A DNA stretch of 64,000 nucleotides. It comes from Lama guanicoe. Taxonomy: Eukaryota. Each line of letters starts with the position of its first letter. Position 1 is the stretch's first letter. The translations under genes were made by a program, and so were the position numbers. The DNA lies in contig MU053810.1 in assembly GCA_013239625.1 (NCBI GenBank), forward strand, positions 6,110,122 through 6,174,121, in the 5' to 3' direction. Shown here piece after piece: positions 24,277 through 37,535 of this stretch. The notes beneath the pieces were generated by a model. That model did not search any database, was not told the origin of the DNA, and saw only the letters and a list, made by a program, of their open reading frames with translations.

Positions 24277-25037
24277 GTAATTGCTGGAGAGGGTGAGCAG
24301 AAAAGGGAACCCTCCACTGCTGGTGGGAGTGTAAATGGGCGCTGTCACCATGGAAAACAGTATGGAGATGCCTTAAAAACTAAAAATAGAGTTACCACGT
24401 GATCCGGCAATTCTACTCCTGTGCATATATCCAGATAGGACAAAAACTCTTAATTCAGAAAGACACCTGCACCCCAATGTTCACAGCAGCACAATTTACA
24501 ACAGCCACGACATGGAAGCAACCTAAATGTCCATTGACAGATGACTGGATAAAGAAGATGTGGTATATTTATACAATGGAATACTACTCAGCCATAAAAA
24601 AGAATGAAATAATGCCATTTGCTGCAACATGGATGGACCTAGAAACTATCATATAAGTGAAGTAATCAGACAGAGGAAAAAAAAAATCATATGACATCAC
24701 TTATATGTGGAATCTAAAAAAAAAAAGATACAAATGAACCTATTTACAAAACAGAAATAGACTCTGAGACATAGAAAGCAAACTTATGGTTACTGAAGGA
24801 GAAAGCCGAGGAGGGATAAATTAGGAGTGTGGGATTAACAGATACACACTACTATACATAAAACAGATAAAACGACAAGGTCCTACTGTATAGCACAGGG
24901 AACTATATTCAATTCCTTATAACCTATAATGGAAAATAACTTGAAAAAATAACATATAGATATACATATATATATCTGAATCACTTTGGTGTACACCTGA
25001 AACTAACATAACATTGTAAACCAACTCTACTTCAATT
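24277..25037 (+). mobile_element. Young L1 3' fragment with ORF2 C-terminus
   Basis: [63 protein letters not shown] aaaaaaaaagaaata on both sides. Confidence 0.93.
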
Positions 25038-25639
25038 AAAAAAAAAAGAAATAATGTCTATGGACAACACATGGAGAAGGGTGGATGGAGAGAGAAAATG
25101 ACACAGCAAATGTGACAAACATTCAGCCTCTTTGCTCTGGGTCAAGAGTATATGGAAATCCTTTGCATTATGCTAGCAACTTTTCCATAAGTTTGAAATT
25201 ATTTCAGAACAAAGAGATATTCATGTCCATTTATGCAGTTAAAAAACCGGAACAGGCTGTAACAACTTGCACTGTCAGCTTTTTCACTGTGGCACGTGTG
25301 CTCCCCAGTCAGCAAGAACCGAGCTGCCCCCCTCGGCACGTCTGCTCGGTGCTGTCAGGACGTACACCGCGTGCCACGTAAACACCACGTCTCTAAGGCT
25401 TATCAACGTCTCTCTCGAATTAGCCAAATCTTTGCTCTGGAGGGTGGGAAGTAAGAGTAAGGCTTTAAGATGTTTAAATTCAAGATTTTTCATAAGACCT
25501 TGAGTGAGATTTCAACCCCTTAGATTCCAAAGTGCTCAACCTTCTCATCTCCTTTGGTCTAGTCTCCTTCCCCTCTTCTCTTTTCTTTTACATATTCAAA
25601 ATCTTTTTTTTATAGATAGTGTATAATCCTGATTTGTAT

Positions 25640-25865
25640 TTTTAGTAATAACCTCGTGACAATAAGAATAGTACTTTCTTGAGTGAGTTGAACTGTGAAC
25701 CTAAAGGGGGTTATGGGAACCCCCAGATTTGCAGCTAGTACGTCAGAAGTGTGGGTGGCCTGGGGACCCCTGAAGTGTGGCTGGCCTCAGAAGAAAGGGC
25801 AGCCTTACTGGGACTGTGCCCTTAGCCGTGGGGCCTGAGCTGACACCGGTGGTTAGCATCAGAGA
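25640..25865 (+). mobile_element. MER21-like LTR fragment
   Basis: ggggttatgggaacccccagattt...gtcagaagtg...gggactgtgccctt. Confidence 0.6.
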
Positions 25866-26139
25866 TGTACTGCAGGACTCCAGCTGAGGCAAGAACAGGG
25901 GACCAGAGCACACAGGGGAGAATTCGCCCTTGTTAGGAAGTAATGTGATGGGCACAGGCTAGGACAGATGCCGATGCACGTAAGCCGTGGCGTTTGATGG
26001 TGGGTAGTTGATGTTTCCACCTGCTCTACTCAGAGTAAAGGGGCTGGATGTTGGAAATCTGAGGAGAGTGAAGAAAGTCTGAAACTATTAGTTAAAATAG
26101 GAGGTTACATTGACTGGGACAAGTTTTCGCAACATAACT

Positions 26140-26320
26140 GACATATGGGACTGGAAAATTCTTTGCTGTTCGGGGCTGTCCGGTGCATTGTAGGAGAGGC
26201 AGCGTCCCTGGGCTCTGCAGGTTAGATGATGAAGCGCCACCCTAAGCATGAAACCAACAATGTTTTCAGACACTGCCAATCCCCCCGGGGCTCCAAGGCT
26301 CCCTTGGTTGAGAACCACGG
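26140..26320 (-). mobile_element. MER20-like element
   Basis: ctttgctgttcggggctgtccggtgcattgtagg...cagacactgcca...ggttgagaaccac. Confidence 0.75.
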
Positions 26321-26889
26321 GTCCAGAGAAACACAAGATCCAAAGGCAGTGTTAAGGGCCCAGGTGGGGTTGATGAGCACAAGTTGTGATGGAATCAATA
26401 TATCTGTTACATGTAGAGCCTCTAGGAGGAAAGGATGTCCCCTGTCTCACTCCTTGTCCCCTCGCCACCAATTAATCTGGTTCACGGTGGGCGGAGCCAC
26501 TGTGGGCTGAGGGCCGGGCCCAGCCATTCTGTTCACTTCCTTCCTTCCTTCTCCCCTCCCCCCTCTCTTGCTCCCTTCTTATCTTCTTTTTCTTTAAGTC
26601 CCTGGTGTTACAGTTGCCTCTGTTTGGGACTGGTGTTAAGACTGAGATGGAGGGGAGAAAGATGCCCGTTTCAGGCTCTGAGTTTAAACCACATGTCCTT
26701 GCTTGCTCTACCAGAGAGCCTTGAATTGGGAGTTACGAACACTGGCCCAGCTGATCAAATGTATATGGGCTCAGTGGGGGCCCTATCACAATAGCATCTC
26801 ACAGCAGCCCTAAGCCCCCAGTGACCCTGACATGCACACATACCTGGTGGAGCTAAGGCCCTGGCGAGATGTGTGCTCTGCTTCCACTT

Positions 26890-27316
26890 CGAGTGGGTGG
26901 GCTGTGATTCAGTTCTGACACCTCCTGGAGCTGGCATCACGCTCCATAGGTTTAAAGCATAACCTTCACAAGGCTGCCTGCGCTCCAATGCCAGCCACCT
27001 GCCACTTCTGACCAGCTCTCTATAAACTGACAGGTTCCCACAGCCCCCTTAGGCTCAGTAATTCACCAGAATGACTCACAGGACTCAAGAAAGTGCTATC
27101 CTTAATGATCAGTTTTATTATAAAGGATTCACACGAGGCAAGGTCTGGGAGGGTCCTGGACATGGCGCCTCCATGCCTTTTCCCTGTGGAGTCCGGGCAT
27201 GTCACCCACCTGCTATGCTGACTTGTTCACAACCAGGAAGCTCCCCAAGCCTTAGTGTTTATAGAGTTTTTATTGGGGTTTCATTAAGAGGCACGATTGA
27301 TTAAATCACTGACCAT
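26890..27316 (-). mobile_element. MER21-like LTR fragment
   Basis: cacttctgaccag...ggttcccacagcccc...gactcacaggactcaagaaag...tgattaaatcactgacca. Confidence 0.65.
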
Positions 27317-28013
27317 CAATGCTTCCAGTTCTTTCAACGATTATTTATCATAAAGACAATGTGTTTGGATTACAGCTCAGCCACTGAGAAGACAGTAGGT
27401 ACTAGCTCCTCCCAGCTCAGTCTTCTCAGCTGTGGAGTGGGGATAATAATTTATACTCTGCAGGACCACTGTAAGGACCAGAAGTAACATACACACAAAG
27501 CAAGGCAGAGCCCACTCCATCCTCAGTGTCTTGTCCTCCCCCCTGAAAAATACAAACAAGTAGCTGCTGTGTTACCACTAAGATGTGCTGCCCAGAGTTG
27601 GGTACAAGGCTCTAGCCATGACATTACTGAGGCACAACGCCAAGGAATGATGCCACCCTTTGTGTGGCCAGTCTGCTGGGCACTCATGAAGCCTGGGACA
27701 AACAGCGCTTTTATACTCTGATGAGACAGTTCCCTACATGCTCACCCTAAACTGGCCATCACCATCTTGTCCACAAGCATATCACGCAGAAAGGGTCCAA
27801 GCTCTGCTACAAGTCACTTATAAAGAAATAGATTCAGGTGTGTGCTGTGGGGGAGTGGAGGGATCTCGATCTTGACCATCAGGAGGGTAAGGTATTCTGT
27901 ACAGCGTTCACAAAGTTCTGTTTTTACCAAATATGTTAGATAAATTTGAACATGAGCTCTGAGCTTTGAACAGGTGTCAGGATTCCTCCCTACCACCACC
28001 CCCTGGGAAGTAC

Positions 28014-28128
28014 CTGTAGAAGGTGGGGCCGGCGGGGCTGCGTTGGCAGTGCCCAGGTTTGTCCACCGACTGGCGAGCCCTGCCCTTGCCATGGCACGCT
28101 GGTAGTTATCATATAGCGTCTTTCCATA
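28014..28128 (-). CDS. APBB1IP: APBB1IP coding exon, 115 nt
   Basis: YGKTLYDNYQRAMARAGLASRWTNLGTANAAPPAPPST(G); ctcccctag acceptor, gtactt donor. Confidence 0.95.
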
Positions 28129-28728
28129 CTAGGGGAGGACACAGAAGGAGCAACAGAGTGAGGCCTTTAACCCAAATTCTGCATTCAACTGCCATCCACA
28201 AATTGAGAGGGGAAAGGACTTCACAACCACTCTTTTTACTCCTTTCCTGAGATTTTTTTTAATGTAAACATATTTTAATTTTAAAAAGTCCACAAATCAT
28301 GTTTCCTCATGTTAAATGCTTTCCCAGATGAACAGAGTTAGGTAATACTCTCAGCCACCCGTTAAAGGAGCGCTGGAGCCATGCCATTTGATGACACGTC
28401 TTTATGTAATTCTATCACAGGCTACATCTCGTGTTTCTTAATTACACACTGCACTAGCAAAGCTCCCCATAAATAAATATCTGAGATCTCTCCTGGGAAA
28501 ATAAATCCCTAATTCTCAGGTCATTGGAGCGGTTCCATGTGTCTACCATTCTCATCTACTTAAAAAAACCAGTGGGCAAATAAATGAGGTCATATCTGTG
28601 CACTGACCCGTTGACGGTATTGACTCAGTAATTCTGGGGCAGGTGTTTCCCAGTAGCACAAAGACCAAAACCCAGGTTAGGAAGCTGGTTAGCAGATTCG
28701 AGATGGGGTGAGCCCCACGCTTTCTCAC

Positions 28729-28827
28729 CTTGGCGATCCGTATCCCCGTGACCCACTGACTCAGTGTTCTCGCATCATCACAGCACAGATACTTGATATA
28801 CTGGGACTCCTTCTGAATCTGGGGATG
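28729..28827 (-). CDS. APBB1IP: APBB1IP coding exon (PH domain end), 99 nt
   Basis: HPQIQKESQYIKYLCCDDARTLSQWVTGIRIAK; tttttctag acceptor, gtgaga donor. Confidence 0.97.
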
Positions 28828-29084
28828 CTAGAAAAAAGCCATTTCGAAGACCTTTTAGGAACTTTTCCCTCATTCGCACCTTTCAACACTTAAAAAACTC
28901 TTACAGTGTATAAGATTTCCTGAGACAGTGGCCAAAATTACTGGTAGCAATTTTAGGATTAGGAAGAGGGGTACTTTTTCATATGGGCTAAATTTGGAAA
29001 GAATTTAAAGAAATCTGTGACATGATTTATCATAAGCACTTTTAGTCATATTATCGATAATCATTTTCAAATCTGAAAATATTT

Positions 29085-29200
29085 ACATATATATGTATGC
29101 ATCTGTGTAACAGAATCACTTTGCTGTACACCTGAAACTAACATTGTAAGTCAATTACACTTCAATAAAAGATAAGATTTAAAAAATAAAATAAAATAAA
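29085..29200 (+). mobile_element. Short L1 3' end
   Basis: gaatcactttgctgtacacctgaaactaacattgtaa...caataaaa + A-rich tail. Confidence 0.8.
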
Positions 29201-30174
29201 AACTCTTCAAATATAAATCCAATTGATGGAAGGTAAATTGACAAGGTGGAAAATTAATGCCCAATTATGGACAAAATACAACACTTACTATTATGAAAGA
29301 CCAGGATATATTCTCTGTACCCTTTCAGCATAAAATAGGAATACTGTTGGAAATATATTTAAATAATGAAATGTTTAATAAAAATGTTTATTCTTACCAT
29401 TTTTCCTAATTAAAAAAAATCATTTTCATCCCTGCTTCTTGAACGTTTGAGAGCCGTCACATCTAACATGTCTCTAGCCCCAGAAGAAATCCAAATCGTT
29501 TCTCCATTGATCAGATGAGGAAACTTACCTGATGTAATTCTCATGTCAAGGAATGAATGCTTTTGTGATTCCCAGTCAGTCCTAGGGTTATTTCTGCTAC
29601 CAGGGTTTCTCCCTGTCTTACCTGTCACTTCCTACCCGATTTTTGGCCTCCAGATGGATGGCCCAGAGGAGGGTTATTTTGTGTCTAATGTTACGTGGCA
29701 GTAAGCTGGGGTGCTGCCCAGGGGGGTCACCCAGGCCTTGCAGGAGCTCCAGCCAAAGACAACAGTGATGGGCAGGCACGAGGGGGAAGGAGAGACACGG
29801 GTTGGTCCCCAGTCATGCAGAACACCCTGCCCTCCTTCTGAGTCCTCCTTGCCCTGTCAGTTCTGTTTTACATCTCTGTCTCTGACAGATTCTTCTCTCC
29901 ACGAAGGCAGGAACCATGTCTGTTCACTGCCGAAGACCCCCAGGGCTTAGCCCATGGCTTGGCGTGTGGTCGGTCCTCCAGCCCAGAGGTGGAAATCTTT
30001 GTTGAGGGAAATAAGCAAGCACAAGATTTCCCGTTCAGCCAGAGGGCTCGTGGCCATGTGGTGAGGGGCAGGCAACCCAACCAAGGTTCTAAGCTTCTAA
30101 GCTGTGTGTCATGTGAATTTTCACGGGTCATTATAATTTGTAAGAAGCTTCACTATATAGAACAATGACTACCA

Positions 30175-30176
<2 letters not shown>

Positions 30177-30216
<40 letters not shown>
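30177..30216. repeat. (GT)20 microsatellite
   Basis: Perfect dinucleotide run. Confidence 0.97.
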
Positions 30217-30217
<1 letters not shown>

Positions 30218-31343
30218 AGGGTGGGGGTGTGCTGTGAGACCACTCCTTTCTTCATCCTCCATTTCTCAGAGCCGTTCGTTAATCCTGCTGGGATAAGCAT
30301 CGTCGGTGGGGGTGTTGCAAGGCTGCTGGGAGGGCAGGGAGCCAGAAGTCATCTTCAGTGGGCAGGGAAGGAGCGAGGCTGTGCGGGTCCTCTCGGAGGG
30401 TCCTGCGTGGACCTTCCCACCTCACTTTGCTTTCAGTTCAATTACTGACCTTCAGGGAGATGGCTCTTTTCAAAGCTGATCTCAACCATGGGCCTTGTAC
30501 CCTTGAACTTCAGTTTGAATCTGAGAAGCAGCATCTGGACTAGTCACCCTAAAGGCCGGGCCAGCAAGAGCTGGGGGTTGTGCTGTCTTTGCCCTGAAAG
30601 GGTCACAAGACCCACAGAGACTCTGAGCTTGATGAGAGGTTAGTAATTTTTGGTTTTACAAAAAGAAAACAGGCTTAGAGAGGTTATTGTATATTTTACT
30701 CCCTTAGTCCAGTATACCCTTGGAGTCTCTTCTCCCGCCGCCTAGAATTTCCATATTCATATTAATTTATTATGCCAAAATTCCAGACTTAAAAAACATC
30801 ACAAAAAATTCAGAAATTATAAAGAATTATTCCTTTTGGCTCCGGGCTCCTGAATGTTGTCTGTAGTTTTCCATTCTGGCCAGCAGGTGGCAACATATAT
30901 CACACATTTCCTCATCTGGGTTCAATGCTCCCTTGTCAATTCTGAATGTTAGATTCCATTTTTGCAAATGTTACTCCAATAATCATCCTCTTTGGGTGAC
31001 TGGCGAATGTTTCTCCAATAATCATTCATTAAGACTGAAACTCTCCGTCAACTCAGATTATTAGGTGCAGCAGCAAAAAAAGGATTTGTTACACGAATTA
31101 ACTGGCAGGTCATACGGATGAGTACACTGGGGGAGGACGTACTTATTTCCTGGATGGGCTGTGACATTCCACACATGCCTGTAGCACATCTATCAATACG
31201 AAAAGTCACAAAGCCAAACCAGAAGTCTTTGTCCTTCAGCCCCAGAAACCCAGCTCCTTGCCTTACAACTGCATTCCTGTTCTGACTGTTGTGTAAGAGG
31301 GACAAAAACATGGGTCTCTCCAGCAATTTGATGCCTGTGATTG

Positions 31344-31971
31344 TGAGGCAGGAAGGAAGGGGGCAGGGCACAGCTATTCAAGGAATAACACAACAATTAG
31401 CACCAGGATGGTGAAAGATTCAACCACCAGCAGGCCTTGGGGCTCAAGATGGCTGGAGATTTGACTTCTAGCAGAACTTGAGTTTCACTATACGCTCATT
31501 GTAACCTCAGCACGGTGAATAACATGCCCGCAGGTGCCAGAACAGTCCCAAGGCTAACCACAAAAGGCCGAAGAGTGGGCGGTGGCCCAGTTCCTGGGAA
31601 TCCCAGCCCCTTCCCCAGGGTAGTTGGGATGGTTCCACCTGTAGGCGTGTGAAGCTACCGAGCCCATAAAAAACTGGCACCTCATGGCCGCCTCTTTCTC
31701 TCCCCTCTCTTCGGAGATGGCCCGCACTCTGTCTACGGAGTGTGTACCTACTTTTACTCTAATCTGAGCACCCAACCCCCACCCCTCGTGGCCTTTCTCT
31801 TGCCTTTTGCTATCTCTCTAAATAAAACTACCTCTACTCAACTGTGGCTCGCTCTTTAATTCTTTCCTGTGTGACGCCAAGGACCCACACTTGGCGGGGC
31901 ACGTCCCAGGGGCTCAACCGAGGCCTGGGAAAGGGCCCTCCTCACGCCCCACACCTGTTTTTCCTGCATCA
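31344..31971 (+). mobile_element. Intact ERV1-class solo LTR (628 bp)
   Basis: TG...CA ends; inverted termini TGAGGCAGGAA / TTCCTGCATCA; perfect 4-bp TSD ATTG; TATA-like cataaaaa ~31665; AATAAA ~31821. Confidence 0.92.
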
Positions 31972-33639
31972 ATTGTTCTTAGAAAGCAGCTGTTATTTAT
32001 TTTTTTCCTGAGGAATTGAAAACGCTGGTGCTGTTACCTTGGGCTTGTATATTAAAAATTTTTTGGTTTGTTTTTTGGTGCGTGTCCCCTCATGTTCCCA
32101 GGAGCAGACTGTGAATCATACTGTGCTTGCAATGAAATGCAGAAAGCAACTGTGTGTGTAGATGGATCCACTGCAACAGCACAATAAACAATTTCTTAAG
32201 TGTATTCTCCATCCAAATAGAGTAAAATGTAGTCATTCCCTTAAATGTAACAGCTGTTGAGCACAAAGCAGAGGCCAGAACTCTTGCCCCTGAGTTCTAA
32301 CAGCTTCTCCTACGATGAGGAGGTGGGTGTAGAGACTTTGGTTCATTCTCGCCTATGTTAGTGGGGTGTGTCTCCCCGACTTCCTTACATCACCTGTGTG
32401 CTCTGACTGTGTAAAGGGGAATTAGGATCAGATGACCCCGAAGGTCTCTTGCGATCCTCAGATTTTCTGATTCTCAGATGAGCTGCCAATGGGCAGGAGA
32501 CCACTTTGTGGCTCCCGAGTTAACGCGGGAACCCTCCAGGCTCCCAGGACATCATACGGCAAGTCCTTGTGCTTTTTCTCCTGTCATGTCCTGGGACCTT
32601 GCCAAGGGGTTTACTTCCCTTGAGCCTTTGGCTGAAAAAATTCTTTGCAAAGAGGTTTAAGGAAAAATACTGGCTCTGTGCCACTGGCCAGATTCTCCTG
32701 CTATTGGTTTGGTTGCTCCTGACCACAGAGAGAAGCTCCCGTAGGATGTGCCGCACAGCACACAGAGGTCAGGGCGACCGCAGATCGTTACTGCAACAAG
32801 GGACCTTACAGATCTTCTAAACTTACAAATGGGAAACCGGAGAGGTTAAGCCATTGATCCAAGGCCAAAAGGAGTGGGAGAATCATAATTAAGAACCGAG
32901 GGCCCGTGCATCCAACAGGGACCTCTGGGTGCCGAGAAATACACCAATTCTTGGGTAAACAGAGATGAGTGAGAGGCTCTCATACTTAGAAGTGGTGGCT
33001 GGGGTGTTGCTGGGGGAGACATAGGTACATAAACAAATGTGGTCACTCTATGACACAGTCAGGTTCTTAGTAAAAGCTAAGGAGGAAAACAGAGGAAGGC
33101 TCTTTGGAAGAGGCGACAGCATGCTATAATACATTTGAGGAACGTGCAGAAATTTTGTGTGGCCAAAACCTGGGAGCCGTGGAAGGAAGAGGCAGAAAAG
33201 AAGCTGGACAGGAGCTAGAGTCAAGGGCTTTGTGTCCAAACAGCATCTGGAATTTGTCCTCTAGGCAGTGGGCCCATCAGACACTTAGAGCAGCAGAGAA
33301 TCCAGGTAGCAATGGCGGCTGCGCAGGAGGTGGATGTGGAGTCAGGAGGAAGACCAGATGGAGAGAGGGCTGGATGAGACATTGCTGATAAAAACCAGAA
33401 GAACATGAGGATGGATTGGATGAGACAGGGAAGAGGAGGAACTTCAAGGATGATTTCTCTATTTCTAGCTTGGAAAAGTCAGTGGGTAGGGGGTAGGAGG
33501 CTGAGTTGAGTGGAAATCAGAGGAAAAGTGGCCAAAATCTTCAGCGAGTTCAGGAGTTGGACCTGGTGGGTAAAAAGCAGACTCAGGAACCAGAAGGGAA
33601 TGACTTAGCTCAACTGGATGAGACCCAGATGTGACCTGT

Positions 33640-33923
33640 GATTGGTTCCAGGACCCTGGCAAATACCAAAATCCAGTGATGTTCATGTCCCTTATAAACA
33701 ATGGCACAGTATTTGCATATAACCTACACACATCCTATTGTCTACTTTAAATCATCTCTAGGTTCCTTAGAATACCTAACACAGTGTAAATGCTACATAA
33801 ATAGTTGCCAGCCAGTTCAAGTTTTGCTTTTTGGAATTTTCTGGAATTTTTTCCTTGCATATTTTCTATCTAAGGTTGGTTGAATCCACAGATGTGGAGC
33901 CCTCAGATATGCAGGGCAGACTG
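33640..33923 (+). mobile_element. MER2-like Tigger element, 5'-truncated
   Basis: gattggttccaggaccc...gtatttgcatataacctac...gggcagactg|ta. Confidence 0.8.
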
Positions 33924-34759
33924 TAATATATAAAAAGGACCCAGCACGGAGCCTGTAGCATGATGAGACTTGTTATTATCATGATCAATATTAATGATAG
34001 AACCAGGTTTCCAGGAACACGTAGGGCTTAACGTGAATTTCTGTTCCTTCCTTCATTCAACCGGTGTGTGCTGAGCATTTGCAATGTGTCAAGTTACTGA
34101 TCCAGCTCTGAAACATACTAGCGAATACAAGAGAAAAAGCCCCTGCCTACAGGTGTTTATATTCTACTAGGGGAGAAAGTCAATAAAAATACAGAACACT
34201 AAGTGATGTAATTTCAGATTGTGAAGAAAACGTAGCCGAGTAAGGGTAGGGAGTAGGTGAGTGATGGAGTGGAATTCCAAAACTCTCTCTATGACCTTCC
34301 TGACGCTCTGCCTCTCAACAGAGCTCAGTAAAGACAAACTTCCTCGGGGGGGCTATTTACTTCCATCTCCCCATCACAGCCAGCCTCAGAATGGAGTGAG
34401 AAAGAGTTCACAAAGTAGCAACTTTGCAGGGAAGGGGAGCATGTGTCCGAGAGAGAGAGAGCACAAAGACAGAAATGACTCTGGAGTACCAAAGTCCTTT
34501 CTTTGGATTCTGGTATCTTTCTTGTGAGTATGCACAGCCTCTTAAAATTTTTTAAAAATTTACTTATTAATTTAAAAAAATTGAAATATACTTGATGTAC
34601 AATATTACTTTAGTTTCAGGTGAACTATCTAGTGATGTGGCACTTGCCTACACTAGGAAGTGATCACCACGACAAGTCTAGTATCCATCTGTCCCCGTAC
34701 AAAGTCACTGCCGTATTATTGACCATACTGCTCGGCCTCTTAAGGGGCAGGTCATGTCC

Positions 34760-35071
34760 CTTCTCAGAGTGTGGTCCCTGGGCTGTTAATGTGATGTTAA
34801 TTTGGTGAACTGGGAACTCGGTGGAAAAGCAAACTCTTAGGCCTGATCCAAGACCCGCAGAACAAGGAACTCTATGGGCCCAGCAATCTGTGTAGTTTTT
34901 TTTTTAACTTTTTTTTTTTTCCCTTAAACGGAGGTACTGGGGATTGAACCCAGGACCATGTGCAGGCTAAGCATGCACTCCACCGCTGAGCTCTACCCTC
35001 CCCTCCAGCAATCAGTGTTTTAACAGCTCTCCTGGTGAGTCTCACACACACTCAAGTTTGAGAACCACTGG
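34760..35071 (+). mobile_element. MER5A-like hAT element split by a SINE
   Basis: gtgtggtccctgg...gggcccagcaatctgtgt[SINE]tttaacag...aagtttgagaaccactg. Confidence 0.75.
34894..35004 (-). mobile_element. tRNA-derived SINE (Vic-1-like, short form)
   Basis: ggaggtactggggattgaacccaggacc...ctgagctctaccctcccc; 14-bp TSD ccagcaatc(t/a)gtgt at 34880-34893 and 35005-35018. Confidence 0.92.
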
Positions 35072-37319
35072 TCAGTAGGAACATTTACTTAGTAGGGGAG
35101 CGCGGTAATAATGCCTGCCCAGTCTTGCGCGCGGGCTGTGTCTCTCAGCGTTGCACTGGTGGTTTCTGGGCACATACTGTTTAATCTGCATGGAAAGTGT
35201 TCTTACTCCCACTGTGGAGCAGAGGGCAGTGACGGTTAGAGAGTCTTGACAGTGTGCCAGGTGACAAGGCCAGGACTCAAATTCCAATCTTCCCAACAGC
35301 GCCCTCCATGAACTGTCATAATCCATGAATTCCTACTGAGTAAGAAGCTTCCAGGGTGAAGTTCTCAGTCCAGCTCAGCTCACAGACTCTCTTAACGTGC
35401 TTCTCCGTAATCCCAAATTCCTTTTGCAACGTCTGTACATATTCTTTGACTTCTGTAAATCTGCCACTCTTGTGAAGTATTTGCATATCAAGGGCTTTTT
35501 TTTTTCTTTCCCATAGTGGACAGAAGGAAAAGTGAGTGACCAAAATGTTCAAAAACAAATTAGGTTCTCCAAGCAATGATAGACCCTTTTACTCAGCAAA
35601 TGATAAAAATTCTTAATGTTCTGGGAAGGAACCAAGATGGGCACTTCAGAGTGAAGTGGGCAGGGGGACTGCTGGTAAAGAATTTGGCTTCAGAACAGAA
35701 CTCATCATCATTCTGTGAAAAAGGGAAATGCATGTTCCGCTTGGGTTGCTCTTGATTCTTGTTTGTTCTCAGATCATCAGAACTGCTTTTTTTCCCCACC
35801 TCTGAGCCCTCTCCCCCGCTGGGGAGGCCCCCACCGGCTCCAGAGGACTCAGGCCTTGAATAGAGGATTCTAGAAGCTCTAGTCCAGCAGGACGTGTGTC
35901 CTGTGTCAGACTGAGTTCCTCCCCTGCTCCCTGTGTCTGCTTCCTCATCCTGGGAACCTCTGAGTCTGAGATCTCTTCTTTCTCTTGCTGGAAATCCATG
36001 CTCCGGCCTCTGGACCCTGGCCATGTGTTGGGGCCTTCGCTCCCTCTGCAACTTTCATTTTATTTGTCCACTCTGAAGGGTATCGTAGCAAACAAGCCCT
36101 GGCGATTGATGCTTAAAGTTAGAGCCCATTTTAATCCTAAGTGTGAATCGTGACGATGCTTAGGAAAAACTAATATTCCTGGGCCCCAACCTTCAATGTT
36201 TTTATTCAGTGGGTCAGGGCCCTGGAATTTGTATTTCTACTCTGACTCTGATTCAGCCAGTTTATTAAGCAGCAAGCATTTCAGAACCTCCCTCCAAAAC
36301 CTTCTCCCTGCCCAAGAGATGTGGGCAGCACTTTGATTCAGGGTGTTGGAACGTCCATGTGGAAATGAGGGCCCCTGTTCTGGTAAGTTCTCACGGTCTC
36401 AGGATTGCAAACAAGGGCCATGGGGGCAGACAGAAACATAATGAAGACACAGTTCAAGGGTGGTTAGTGGCAGGGCTGAGGGACGCAGAGATTTTGTGTC
36501 TGAGCAGACGGTGTCTGAGAGAATGGCCTCTGGACCACCCTCTGCCTTCTCATCCTGACTCAGCCACTTCCTGGCCAGGAATCTCTGTGCACAGGTTCGA
36601 CGCTTAAAAACTAGGGAGAATTGTGGCTCTCATGTCATAAGGTTGATAAAAGGATTAAATGAGTTAAGTGTTTAAATCACTGCATTATAGATGCAAGGTA
36701 TGTATTTGCCATTGTTCTCAGGACACTTTCTACACCAGGAACAGGCCAGGAAATGCAGGAACCTGAAGCAGGCAGCACATTCTCCCCACCTTCTCTTCCT
36801 TCTGACCCAAGCAGGCCTCAACCCCAGGGCCTTTGCATTTACTGTTCTGCTCAACTGGGCTTTGGGAATGGTTGGGTCTAGGAGATACTCAACTTCTGGA
36901 GGAGCAGCTATGTGACAGCAGCACACTAGTGTGGGCACCTCTGAAATGACAGTATGTGTTCACTGTCATCTCCAAGGATGCAGACTTTGACAAAGACGAC
37001 TTTTGCTACAGAGGTAAATGTAAGTGTCATCCTTCATTTGTGAAAATGATATAACCACCCGCAAGTGTAGACTGACCTACTTCCTCGGGAAGGGTGACAG
37101 CTTTGCCAGGAGCACATGTGGACACACAGGGTCCAGCTGCAGACCTTTCCAGAAACATGGTGATGGAGTCTTCCTGTGTGGGGTGCAGGTGACTGAGCTA
37201 AAATGGAGCCTTGCCAGGAACCAGGTCTCCTTAACAGCTGCCCCACAGACAGCCATTCCAGAAGGAAACTGGGGAGCCCTGACTCCAAGAAAGGAGAAAT
37301 TCTGGGGAATTTCTGGGAG

Positions 37320-37535
37320 GGGTCGTATTGGGGGAGGGGGCTAAGAGGTATAAACTATTAGATAAAATAAGCTACAAAGATATACTGTACAATGCAGGGA
37401 ATACAGCCAATATTTTATAACTACAAATGGAATATAACCTTTAAAAGTTGTGAATCACTATATGTTGTACACCTGTAACCTATATATAGCATCATGAGCA
37501 ACAACATTTCAATTTAAAAAGAATTTAAAAAAACA
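37320..37535 (+). mobile_element. L1 3' end
   Basis: aagaggtataaactatt...gcagggaatacagccaatatttt...tgtgaatcactatatgttgtacacctg. Confidence 0.8.
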
